NCBI GenBank assembly: GCA_964576475.1
Contig: CAZNVG010000001.1
Coordinates: 8,367-72,366 of the forward strand
From: an uncultured Candidatus Saccharibacteria bacterium
Lineage (GTDB): Bacteria; Patescibacteriota; Saccharimonadia; Saccharimonadales; CAZNVG01
Direction of reading: 5' to 3'
DNA: 64,000 nt
A model generated the notes under the pieces. The model saw nothing but the letters and a program-made list of their open reading frames with translations. It was not told the DNA's origin and did no database searches. The translations under genes and the position numbers were made by a program. Positions within the stretch are counted from its first letter, which is position 1. Each line of letters begins with the position of its first letter. Shown in pieces: positions 1 through 8,881 of this stretch.

Positions 1-378
1 GAATCAGTGTTTGGTGGTGAGATTACTCAGGTCATACGATTCAAAGACCTCGAGGGTCCTGAGTTTCTTGTACCTACAGACGAAGCTGAAAGTATCATGC
101 GGATTGTGCTGCCAATTGGAAATAATACGTTAATAGCGAATGACGTCCCTAAGGGCATGGGGCCTGTGAACGAGCAAGAAAACCGATCGAAGATCTCGGT
201 TACTGCCAATACACGCGAAGAAGCGGATAAAATCTTTACAGGTCTCTCAGATGGCGGATCAGTCGAAATGCCAATGAGCGACAGTCCATGGGCGACGTAT
301 TTCGGAATGCTTAGGGATAAATACGGCATTGAATGGACGGTTGAGTTCACTCAGAGCACAGATACTCCGTCTCAATAA
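1..378 (+). CDS. VOC/PhnB-like (glyoxalase superfamily) protein, 5' truncated by window edge
   Basis: Motifs FGGE...GG.V.MP...WATYFGMLRDKYGIEW are typical of PhnB/VOC proteins; the frame is open from the window start. Confidence 0.8.
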   Translation, partial: ESVFGGEITQVIRFKDLEGPEFLVPTDEAESIMRIVLPIGNNTLIANDVPKGMGPVNEQENRSKISVTANTREEADKIFTGLSDGGSVEMPMSDSPWATYFGMLRDKYGIEWTVEFTQSTDTPSQ

Positions 379-517
379 GACAGGGGTTTACTTGATCTGC
401 TACATCAACTAAACCAATGAGACATAGACCTCTTTACCTTTTATGGTAGTGAATATTTCAAAGAGACGATATAATAGATCACGAAATATTAAATAATCAG
501 TTTGAAGGATTATAAAC

Positions 518-709
518 ATGGTTACAGGATACTGCGTTAAGTGTAAAGAAAAGGGCGTTGAGCTCTCAGCTGCTGAAATTGTACAGACTGCAAAGGGCGG
601 ATTCATGGCTAAGGGCAAGCACGAAAAGTGTGGAACAACTGTATGCGCAATGATGTCTAAGGACAACGCTGAAAAAGCTGTAGAAGACGGCGCTAAAAAA
701 GCGTACTAA
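518..709 (+). CDS. Small zinc-binding protein (DUF5679-like)
   Basis: GYCVKCKEK...AKGKHEKCGTTVC pattern; GAAGGA SD upstream; terminator downstream. Confidence 0.75.
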   Translation: MVTGYCVKCKEKGVELSAAEIVQTAKGGFMAKGKHEKCGTTVCAMMSKDNAEKAVEDGAKKAY

Positions 710-740
710 GTTTACAAACGAATAAAGCGTTACGCTTTAC

Positions 741-769
741 AAGAGCTCCCGAACTAGGGAGCTTTTTGT
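741..769 (+). terminator. Intrinsic terminator
   Basis: AAGAGCTCCC-gaacta-GGGAGCTTTT followed by T-rich run, just after the 518-709 ORF. Confidence 0.8.
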
Positions 770-781
770 TATATTGAGTTT

Positions 782-1069
782 ATGTCATTTCAAGCATATC
801 TAGACAACATCGAACGCCAAACTGGTAAAACTCCTAATGAATTCATACAAATGGCCGAAGAAAAGGGTTTTGGAGCAGATACGAAAGCTAGCGAAATCGT
901 TTCATGGCTAAAGCAAGATTTCGAGCTGGGACACGGTCATGCGATGGCGTTGGTGCATGTGATTAAAAAAGGCCCAAAGATTGGCGACAAGCACGTCAAT
1001 ACCAGTGGAACCCATAGTGATGATAGCGACACATTGCGACTAGATGGAATAGACAACAGAGAGAAGTAG
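782..1069 (+). CDS. DUF4287 family protein
   Basis: MSFQAYLDNIERQTGKTP...WLKQDFELGHGHAMALVH signature. Confidence 0.85.
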   Translation: MSFQAYLDNIERQTGKTPNEFIQMAEEKGFGADTKASEIVSWLKQDFELGHGHAMALVHVIKKGPKIGDKHVNTSGTHSDDSDTLRLDGIDNREK

Positions 1070-1099
1070 TTATTATCGGAAACGGCCGCCCGCACTTAT

Positions 1100-1504
1100 C
1101 TATTTCGATTTATTCTTTTTCGCCTTGTTGAACTCAATCGCTTTGCTAACCAAGTCTTGTAGGGCTTGAGTATTTACGGAGTCACCTTCTCGGTACTCAA
1201 TAGCTCGAATATCTTTGCTCATAAGTCGTGCATTGAATTGCTTTTGCGGATCGCTCAACTCAGCGCCGTAGCTAAACAAAAGTTTGATGTTGTCTTTCCA
1301 GATTTCTGCAAAACAAATGATTCCGTTATGCGTCCAGACTGCTAGACCTTCTGGTCGAGTTGCCATTCGCCACTTAATTTCCTCTGCTATTTCCGCGTTC
1401 GATTCCAATATTGCTGTGCGAATGTCTTTCAGTATGTCGGCCTTCCAGCCGCCATGTTTCTCAATAATGTCATCTATCTGCTGTGCAACTGGCTTGTCTT
1501 CCAT
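1100..1504 (-). CDS. DUF1801 (YdhG-like) protein
   Basis: IAEEIKW...VW.HNGIIC...KLLFSYGAELSDP...FNARL. Confidence 0.8.
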   Translation of the reverse strand: MEDKPVAQQIDDIIEKHGGWKADILKDIRTAILESNAEIAEEIKWRMATRPEGLAVWTHNGIICFAEIWKDNIKLLFSYGAELSDPQKQFNARLMSKDIRAIEYREGDSVNTQALQDLVSKAIEFNKAKKNKSK

Positions 1505-1589
1505 CGATACGTTCCTCGTTATCTACTAGTTTTAGTATACGGTAGTGTCGCGTGCGTAGTACTCTCCATATGTTTGCTATGATTGATGC

Positions 1590-1940
1590 ATGGACGAGCA
1601 CAGGATATATGATATGAGCTTTGCGAGTGTATACCCACTCTACGTAGCCAAGGCAGAGCGAAAAGAGCGAACTGGTGCTGAGGTTGATGAGATTATTACA
1701 TGGTTAACTGGCTACACGGCAGAGCAACTCAGCGAGCAGATCGCACAGGATACGACATTTCGAGAGTTCTTTGCGAAAGCGCCGCACTTGAATCCTGCTC
1801 GCAAACTAATTACCGGAGTGGTGTGTGGAGTACGCGTTGAAGACATAGAGCAACCTTTAATGCAAGAGATCCGTTACCTAGACAAACTTGTCGATGAGCT
1901 TGCTAAGGGAAAGAGTATGGAGAAAATACTTCGAGCCTGA
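1590..1940 (+). CDS. DUF2200 family protein
   Basis: [21 protein letters not shown]...[15 protein letters not shown]. Confidence 0.85.
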   Translation: MDEHRIYDMSFASVYPLYVAKAERKERTGAEVDEIITWLTGYTAEQLSEQIAQDTTFREFFAKAPHLNPARKLITGVVCGVRVEDIEQPLMQEIRYLDKLVDELAKGKSMEKILRA

Positions 1941-1975
1941 AAAGGCTGTATCAATGCTAAAGGAATGGGAAAAGT

Positions 1976-2257
1976 ATGAATCGAGCATTAATTAATTACA
2001 CTTTTATTGCTGTCGGCGTAGTTATGACTGCGCCCATTATCCTATCGCTATTTGCAAAAGACTCAGCAATGTCTACACAGGACTATGTTTCGTGGGCAGT
2101 ATTTATGGTCATGTTGGGTCTACTGTATTGGGTAACGACTACTGTTATTGCTGAGCGATGGAGAAGTTTGGCGACAATATTCTTTTCGATAACCGTGCTT
2201 CTCGTTTGGGTTGAGCTTGCAGTGGGGCTATTTGGCTCATCAATAGCAGGTAGCTGA
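1976..2257 (+). CDS. Small three-helix membrane protein
   Basis: Three hydrophobic segments ending LLVWVELAVGLFGS. Confidence 0.65.
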   Translation: MNRALINYTFIAVGVVMTAPIILSLFAKDSAMSTQDYVSWAVFMVMLGLLYWVTTTVIAERWRSLATIFFSITVLLVWVELAVGLFGSSIAGS

Positions 2258-2305
2258 GTAGATCGAAGTATTGCAAAATAAGCATAAATGTGTTATATTG
2301 TTGCA

Positions 2306-3235
2306 ATGTTACACGACAATTTAGAGCAAGAGAGTTCACATTTTGAGTATCTATTACCTGAAGAGTTAGGTGGCGGTAGTCTGCATGAGGCTGACTATCA
2401 AGTGTCGCCTGGCACAGAGGCACTTATACGAAAAATGAGCGGTGAATCTGTTGATCCTAAGCTTCAAGCTTCTGGCATCGTAAAGCTGGTATGTGCAGAG
2501 TATGTCACGCCGGGCGATATGGCTATTTTGGAAGAGCTCACGCTCAATCCAGACACTGATCTTCTTCGGACAATGAGCGACACGGATGACCTGCTTCATG
2601 ACCAGTACGACCTTAACGAAGCGCTTCGCATTTTTCGTCCTGTTGCCACTCTGCTTGAAGCAAAACTAGATGTTTCGATAGAACTTACTGAAAAAGAACG
2701 AAGTACCCTGCAAACATTTCACGCTTTTTCTGCCATAGCCCACACAATTGATACTGAGTTGGCTAAAGGTTACCGTGCCGAAGAAGAGAGCCCAATAAGC
2801 TCTGTAGTTCCTGAAGGATCTTACGTGATCGATTATGATTATAAAAAGTCGGTCGCTCTGAGTCCTCGTCGAGTAAGCGCTAGTATCGGTCGACCTATGA
2901 CACCTGTCTATACACTGGAAGGCGAATTTAGTAATGAATCAATAGACGATTCAGTTGTAGAAGCGGACGGGAATAAAACCAAAGGAAGTTTCGACCGTGT
3001 GCTCGCATTTGTTAACGGCGAAACTGACCGTGCTGACATGTATGACATTTCATTAGTGGACACGCTACTTGGCGAGGAAGCTTTGGTTTCGTTGTCTATG
3101 CAGTCTCGTTTAGGACGTATTGCTGCAGTTGCTGCTGGTTATAGAGAGCGACTTGAAGCTTGGGGCGGAAGCCAAACTGTCTTCAAAGTAGACTGGGTGC
3201 AAGTTGTTCGAGGTGGACTTGTCTCTCCTAAGTAA
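2306..3235 (+). CDS. Hypothetical acidic protein
   Basis: Long ORF; start placed at ATG 2306, 6 nt after TGTTATATT -10 (leaderless pattern). Confidence 0.6.
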   Translation: MLHDNLEQESSHFEYLLPEELGGGSLHEADYQVSPGTEALIRKMSGESVDPKLQASGIVKLVCAEYVTPGDMAILEELTLNPDTDLLRTMSDTDDLLHDQYDLNEALRIFRPVATLLEAKLDVSIELTEKERSTLQTFHAFSAIAHTIDTELAKGYRAEEESPISSVVPEGSYVIDYDYKKSVALSPRRVSASIGRPMTPVYTLEGEFSNESIDDSVVEADGNKTKGSFDRVLAFVNGETDRADMYDISLVDTLLGEEALVSLSMQSRLGRIAAVAAGYRERLEAWGGSQTVFKVDWVQVVRGGLVSPK

Positions 3236-3237
3236 GC

Positions 3238-4011
3238 ATGATGTTTGAGGAACCACTACTTACACGACACGATCTAGATGTTCGTGCGCGCGAAATTTCT
3301 CGCAGTGAGCTAGAGTTTACGTTTCCTGATCAAATACCTCAACTCGTAGACTCAGAAGCCGACACTTCAGCATTGCTGTCAAGAACACTAGAAGAGGCTA
3401 GGATATATATTCGCTTCGGAAGTATTGGAGCACTGGCTGTAGCGCTTAGTGAGCCAGGCGTGCCACCAAAAGGTAGCATCAAAGAGTTTGCGCAATACCG
3501 CAAGGATTTACATTTAGTGATAGCTGGCTTGCAGCTGTTTTCATCATCAAAAGCGCCTGACAGCATCCGAACTTTGGCGCGAGCAATGGGAAGAGTTAAG
3601 GATTCACGAGGTACGGCTACTCAATCTGTAGACGATCTTGCGCTTGTACATCAGTTAGCAGGAGTGTCTCGTCTTGGCTCACATGAACCCGTTGCGCCAA
3701 AATCTGCCCGCAAACGTATGCATGCTCGCGAAAAGGCGATACTACACCTCTCGTCAGGCGAGCCTATGACAGAGCATGAGTACCATAAGGCTCGAAGGCA
3801 CGTTCGGCAACTACGCTACGCCTATGCGATCGGTGCGACTTTGACGCGAGATATTGATGGTCCAATGGCGCGAACCGCAGTAGCGCTACTGAAGCTCAAT
3901 AACCTATTGGGTGCAGGGCTTGGTTCGCAGACAAACGAGGATAGTTTTCAGCCGCCCGAGCAAGCGAAGGCTCTGCTAGAGCAATGGAAGCAAGCTGCTC
4001 GCGTAAAATAA
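3238..4011 (+). CDS. CHAD-domain-like helical protein
   Basis: EYHKARRHVRQLRY resembles the CHAD H-x-x-R-x-x-x-(K/R)-x-L-R-Y motif; also LARAMGRVKD. Confidence 0.5.
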   Translation: MMFEEPLLTRHDLDVRAREISRSELEFTFPDQIPQLVDSEADTSALLSRTLEEARIYIRFGSIGALAVALSEPGVPPKGSIKEFAQYRKDLHLVIAGLQLFSSSKAPDSIRTLARAMGRVKDSRGTATQSVDDLALVHQLAGVSRLGSHEPVAPKSARKRMHAREKAILHLSSGEPMTEHEYHKARRHVRQLRYAYAIGATLTRDIDGPMARTAVALLKLNNLLGAGLGSQTNEDSFQPPEQAKALLEQWKQAARVK

Positions 4012-4091
4012 CAGATTGACAGCATTGCTTCTAACTGCTAAAGTTTTTCAGGTCAATAAGGGACACCAACAAGAGTTACCGTAGACACGAT

Positions 4092-4646
4092 ATGCGGCGA
4101 CTCTTTTATTTTGCTATGCAACCTATTCCAAAATCATGTATCACTAACGAAATCAAAGAAGATGATTATCTTCCGATTAACCCTCAAGAAGTGGGGCGTT
4201 TTGAAGGCAACATCACGAATGCCGGCACCTATCTTGCAAACCTTGTACTTCCTATGCCGTCTTTGGATAGAGGGGTGCCGACAGTCTTTACGCACTTCGA
4301 TGGTGTTGATGCGCTCAATAAGTTTGACCCATCAGGTAAAGATGCCATCGACGACGACGAACGGACTATTAATTACAGTGGTTTGATCACCATGCGGCGC
4401 GCCAGTGACGTCGGGCGGCTGGTCGTTGTTGCTGCAGTCGTAGAACGACGCGGTTTTGCTTCAATTGGAAGAATTGGAGCGCAAAGGGGAACGAAGAAGA
4501 ATACAGCAGATGCGCTAGATATAGTTCGGTTTGGCATTGAGAAGCCGGAGCTAGGATTTGATACCGAACGCGGCGAAATGGTGGTCGTGTCAGGCGCTTC
4601 GATGATTACTCGTGGTATTCATCATCTCTTTCCAAAAACTCAGTAG
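4092..4646 (+). CDS. Hypothetical protein
   Basis: 184-aa ORF filling the space; no motif recognised. Confidence 0.5.
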   Translation: MRRLFYFAMQPIPKSCITNEIKEDDYLPINPQEVGRFEGNITNAGTYLANLVLPMPSLDRGVPTVFTHFDGVDALNKFDPSGKDAIDDDERTINYSGLITMRRASDVGRLVVVAAVVERRGFASIGRIGAQRGTKKNTADALDIVRFGIEKPELGFDTERGEMVVVSGASMITRGIHHLFPKTQ

Positions 4647-4735
4647 ATGACTACACAAAGTGCTTGTGCTGTAGCTAATTTTTCGCTATTCTATTTGTAA
4701 GTTCTTCAAAAAATCAAAAAAAGAGGTGGAAAAAA

Positions 4736-4885
4736 ATGAAACAAACAATTGCTATTCGTGTTTTCAGTGAACTAGGTGATTCAGTAGTACCGGTACGACT
4801 AAGTAGTGCTATGAAATCATGTCAGTCAATCAGGCTAGAACACTACACATCAAGCCAAACAGTTGTCGTTCGACGCGTCGCTTAG
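4736..4885 (+). CDS. Unannotated 49-aa small ORF (MKQTIAIRVFSELGDSVVPVRLSSAMKSCQSIRLEHYTSSQTVVVRRVA)
   Basis: GAGGTG SD shortly before ATG 4736; fills the gap and converges on the GH63 stop. Confidence 0.45.
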   Translation: MKQTIAIRVFSELGDSVVPVRLSSAMKSCQSIRLEHYTSSQTVVVRRVA

Positions 4886-6207
4886 GCTTCGTGCGCGAGG
4901 TCTAGAGCAAGCGCAGCAGTCCATGTAAAATTCTCGCCGCCCAGACCGTGACCCGTGAATGGATCAAAGTATTCTCGCATACCCGCGATTTCGATTGTCT
5001 CCAAAGTTCTATCTCGCACTAACCGTGCCTCGTCATGATAACCGTAGTCTTTTAGTCCCTGAATGATCATCCAGTTCATGTTCACCCAGACAGGGCCTTG
5101 CCAGTATTTTTGTGAATGAAAAATTGATGAACTTGTTGGTACTGTCGGTATAGGTAGTGGCGTACTAAAGCGTTCTGGACGCAACAATAACCCTTCCACT
5201 AACTCTTTTGCACGTTTTTTCGTAATCCCACCACCGTATAGCGGTAACAGTGTCGCAATACTACTGCTTCGAATGAGATTTTTAGTTCGATAACTACGTG
5301 AATAGTAGGTCTTATGCTCATCGTCCCAAAATAGCTCCATCGCTGATTCTGTTTTTCGGGCATTCTTTCGTAGCTTCTCAGGCAAGGGAACTCTAATCTC
5401 GGCAGAGATGTTTTCTAATTGCCTGTTGGCTTTGCAAAACATGGCGTTAAATGCAAGGTCCTCAAGCGCAAACTTCGTAGTGGCTAATACTTTCTTGGTT
5501 TCATAGTTTTTGCGTTTGATTTGTCGTTGAATGCTATACAGCGTTAGGTTATCTATCGTATCTGTTCGCTGTCCAAAAGGAGCATACTTCTTATCTCGTC
5601 GTACCTGTGCCAGCACTAAGTCTAGTTGCAGAAAATCTACCGCCTTAACCCACAGAGGACGGCCGTGACGTTTCAATTGAGTAATCCAGGGCGGAGAGTC
5701 GTCCATTCCAGACTCCCAAGGGTGAAGCAGTACGACAAGACCTGAGTTCTGCGGGTCACGATCTTCATACAACCATGTGTGATATCTAACTATTTTTGGC
5801 AACATTGCGTGATAAAAACTGTGTCGCTCGGCTTTTGGCATTTTCTGACCCACAAGCCAAACGGCTTCGGCAAGTATGGGGGGTTGCGTGATCCCACTTG
5901 TCGCTATATCTGTTGGTGCATCGGGATGCTGTCTGCCTTGCCACACCCAGAATTCTTTTGAATCGCCCGGATGGAGAAGCATGTGTGGCAACATGCCATT
6001 TTTCCATTGACCTCGCACAAGGCTACGTAACTCTTTGGCTGCGCGTTGAGCGTCAACATGCCGAAGACCAATTGCCGTGAAGCAGCTATCCCACAACCAC
6101 TGATGCGGGTAGAGCCCAGTCGCGGGAATCGTATAATTACCACGATCATTGAGTGCGAATACTCGATGAGCGAGTGTTTCTATTTCCTTGTGTTTCCTTT
6201 GTACCAT
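4882..6207 (-). CDS. GH63-type glycoside hydrolase (mannosyl/glucosylglycerate hydrolase-like)
   Basis: LYPHQWLWDSCF, TSGITQPP, HPWESGMDDSP, YWQGPVWVNMNW, EYFDPFTG..LG..NFTWTAA motifs; start moved to MVQRK. Confidence 0.85.
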   Translation of the reverse strand: MVQRKHKEIETLAHRVFALNDRGNYTIPATGLYPHQWLWDSCFTAIGLRHVDAQRAAKELRSLVRGQWKNGMLPHMLLHPGDSKEFWVWQGRQHPDAPTDIATSGITQPPILAEAVWLVGQKMPKAERHSFYHAMLPKIVRYHTWLYEDRDPQNSGLVVLLHPWESGMDDSPPWITQLKRHGRPLWVKAVDFLQLDLVLAQVRRDKKYAPFGQRTDTIDNLTLYSIQRQIKRKNYETKKVLATTKFALEDLAFNAMFCKANRQLENISAEIRVPLPEKLRKNARKTESAMELFWDDEHKTYYSRSYRTKNLIRSSSIATLLPLYGGGITKKRAKELVEGLLLRPERFSTPLPIPTVPTSSSIFHSQKYWQGPVWVNMNWMIIQGLKDYGYHDEARLVRDRTLETIEIAGMREYFDPFTGHGLGGENFTWTAALALDLAHEA

Positions 6208-6290
6208 CTCTGCGAGTAAGTATAACCAATATGTACTCGTATAACTATTAGTAACCACTAATTACTGCAGTTTGTTTGCGCGTGAGCTGT

Positions 6291-6791
6291 TTATCTGTAG
6301 TTGGTGAAGTCGACTGGAAAAGGCAGGTCGGCGGATCGTAGCAAATTCATAACTGACTGAAGTTCGTCTTTTTTGGGACTAGTAACGCGAACTTCTTCTC
6401 CTTGGATCTGAGTTTTCACTTTCGGATATGTATCACGAATCATTTTAGTGATTTGCTTAGCTTTTTCTTGATCGAGACCCTTAACGAGCGTTAAGCGCTT
6501 TCGAATGATCATATTATGCTGCATTGGTTCTGCGGAAGTATCGAGGACCAGCGGACTTATGCCGGCGCCGGCGAGACGTTTACGTAAGATGTCTTCAATA
6601 CTGGCGATATGAAAATCATTATCTCCATAGATCATGAGTGTTTTCTTAGTACCATCTTCAAACTCTGCCTTAGCGTTGGTGCCCTTGAAGTCATAGCGTG
6701 CCGCAATGTCCCGCTGCGTCTGCTCAAGTGCATTCGTGAGTTTGGCGATATCGTAGTCAGAAACAATGTCGAATGATGAATCCTTTGCCAT
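6291..6791 (-). CDS. yajQ: YajQ family nucleotide-binding protein
   Basis: SFDIVS...RYDFKG...KVKTQIQGEEVRVTSPKKDELQ...FTNYR. Confidence 0.92.
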   Translation of the reverse strand: MAKDSSFDIVSDYDIAKLTNALEQTQRDIAARYDFKGTNAKAEFEDGTKKTLMIYGDNDFHIASIEDILRKRLAGAGISPLVLDTSAEPMQHNMIIRKRLTLVKGLDQEKAKQITKMIRDTYPKVKTQIQGEEVRVTSPKKDELQSVMNLLRSADLPFPVDFTNYR

Positions 6792-6870
6792 ATAACGTAG
6801 CTTAACACAATACACACCGGTATGTGTCGCACCTGCTATACTTTTTAAAGCAAAACGAAGGAGTAAAGTA

Positions 6871-7458
6871 ATGAAAATAGTTATCATATCTGGCAGTCAT
6901 CGTAAGGGTAGTGAATCTTTACGTGTTGCAGAGTATTTGTCGAGTCGTGTTCAATCTCTTAAGCTCGCCGAAAGTACTGTCCTGGATCTATACGCGCAAC
7001 CCATAAGTTTCGATCCAGATGTCATATGGAGCGGTCAGGACGAAAACTTCAATAACCACGAGAAAGTTCTCACAGAAGCGGACGCGGTGGTTGTAGTGTC
7101 GCCAGAGTGGGGCGGCGTCGCCAGTCCAATGCTTAAGAATTATCTTATCTTTTCAAAAGCTCTATATCACAAACCGGGCCTTGCGGTCGGCGTATCCAGT
7201 AGTAGGGGTGGTGCCTATCCTATTGCAGAGTTACGCAATGCAAACAAAAACAACCATATAGTTTGGGTACCTGAGCACGTTATTTTTAGAAACGTTGAAA
7301 GTTTGCTTATTGCAAGCGAGCCGGCAGACAAAGACGACAGTTACATTCGTGACAGGAGTGACTATGCACTAGGAGTACTTGCACAATATGCTACGGCGAT
7401 CAAACAGGTCAGAGAAAGTGATGTGCTCGATCGAGAGACATATCCTAATGGAATGTAA
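6871..7458 (+). CDS. NADPH-dependent FMN reductase
   Basis: IISGSHRKGSES...VSPEWGG...LKNY...GGAYPIAELR; GAAGGAG SD. Confidence 0.85.
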   Translation: MKIVIISGSHRKGSESLRVAEYLSSRVQSLKLAESTVLDLYAQPISFDPDVIWSGQDENFNNHEKVLTEADAVVVVSPEWGGVASPMLKNYLIFSKALYHKPGLAVGVSSSRGGAYPIAELRNANKNNHIVWVPEHVIFRNVESLLIASEPADKDDSYIRDRSDYALGVLAQYATAIKQVRESDVLDRETYPNGM

Positions 7459-7505
7459 TGGATGAATCTACAGAGATAGAATTCTGAACAATATACCGTA
7501 TAATC

Positions 7506-8552
7506 ATGAGTAATATGAACTATTCGAATCCACGCATTGCTGAAGTTGCCGCTATGCTTTTCAAGCGACTAGAGGAGACAGAAGACAAATCTTCTATCCT
7601 ACGAGCTACCGAATTACATGCTCTCTACGCAGAGATACCTACGCTTGCACAGGAAAAACGTGGTGCGTTTGGCAAAGAACTCAACATGCTCAAGACCGAA
7701 TTAACTGAAAAGGTAGCTGCGCATGCAGATGCTGCAGTTGTGCGTACACCAATCGATGTTACTGCACCTTATGACGAAAACATCACACCAAAACAACGAC
7801 CAACATTACTTGGTCCGTCAAAAGGCAGCAAACACCCTCTAATGGCCGAATTAGAGATAGTGCTCGATATATTTTCACGAATGGGCTTTGACACTATTGA
7901 AAGCCGGCAGATAGATGATGAGTATCATATGTTTGATAGTCTCAACTTTCCTGCAGAACACCCTGCTCGCGACGACTATGACACTTTCATGACGACCGAT
8001 GGATTCATTGCGCCAGCACATGCCAGCATTATGCAGAATCGCATCCTAAAAGATGGAGCTTCGTCTTTAGACAAAGGCAATGAAATAAGTGCCGTCTACG
8101 CAGGTAGAACTTTTCGCAATGAAGATGTCGATGCGCGTCATGAGCACACCTTTTATCAGGTGGAAATAATGCACGTCGGTAAGTCAGTTACAGCCGGTAA
8201 TCTCATCGCAACGTTCAAAACGTTTCTCGAGGAGTATTACGCACAAGAATTAGAAGTAAAATCACAGCCGTACTACTTTCCTTTCACTGAACCGAGTTTT
8301 GAGCTGGCGCTCAGTTGTCCGTTCTGCAAGAAGGCAGGCTGCCATGTTTGTAGCTACTCTGGTTGGATTGAATTGCTTGGTATGGGTCTTGTTCATCCGA
8401 ATGTGCTTCGTCAAGGCGGTATCGATCCTGATACATACACTGGTTTCGCAGGTGGATTGGGGCTTGATAGACTCGTCATGATGAAATACGGCATCGAAGA
8501 TGTTCGCCTCTTCCACAGCGGTAAACTTGAGTTTTTGAGGCAATTCTCATGA
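7506..8552 (+). CDS. pheS: Phenylalanine-tRNA ligase alpha subunit
   Basis: FDSLNFPAEHPARD, FYQVE, YFPFTEPS, GWIELLGMGLVHP, GLGLDRL. Confidence 0.97.
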   Translation: MSNMNYSNPRIAEVAAMLFKRLEETEDKSSILRATELHALYAEIPTLAQEKRGAFGKELNMLKTELTEKVAAHADAAVVRTPIDVTAPYDENITPKQRPTLLGPSKGSKHPLMAELEIVLDIFSRMGFDTIESRQIDDEYHMFDSLNFPAEHPARDDYDTFMTTDGFIAPAHASIMQNRILKDGASSLDKGNEISAVYAGRTFRNEDVDARHEHTFYQVEIMHVGKSVTAGNLIATFKTFLEEYYAQELEVKSQPYYFPFTEPSFELALSCPFCKKAGCHVCSYSGWIELLGMGLVHPNVLRQGGIDPDTYTGFAGGLGLDRLVMMKYGIEDVRLFHSGKLEFLRQFS

Positions 8553-8881
8553 GCCAAGTAGTAACATTGACTAGGCTTCAAGAAAGCGCGTATGAAGTTG
8601 CGTCGTTGTATCGTCGTGCTGGTGGTATAAAAGGATATACAACATGGACGAGCCGAGACTACGCTCAAGGTTTCAGCAAGGATGTTGGAGACCTCCAAAA
8701 CATTCTGATGGCAAGAGAAAAACTTCGCGATGGTGACGGTAGTGATGAGACGCTCGCACATGAGCTAAGCGACTGCTTGTATTCAATACTTGTGATCGCC
8801 AAGACAGAAGGAATTGACCTTCAAACCGCATTTATGCAGAACATGAACATGTTGAAATCAAAGATTGAGGAGCAACTATGA
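8549..8881 (+). CDS. MazG-like all-alpha NTP pyrophosphohydrolase
   Basis: KDVGDL...LAHELSDCLYSILVIA...GIDLQTAF; overlaps both pheS and pheT by 4 nt. Confidence 0.7.
   Translation: MSQVVTLTRLQESAYEVASLYRRAGGIKGYTTWTSRDYAQGFSKDVGDLQNILMAREKLRDGDGSDETLAHELSDCLYSILVIAKTEGIDLQTAFMQNMNMLKSKIEEQL

Noticed and set aside
2288-2330. HD-domain motif (VAMLHDNLE)
   Set aside because: The residues before MLHD coincide with a -10 box placing the start at 2306, and the other HD-domain ligands are not evident.
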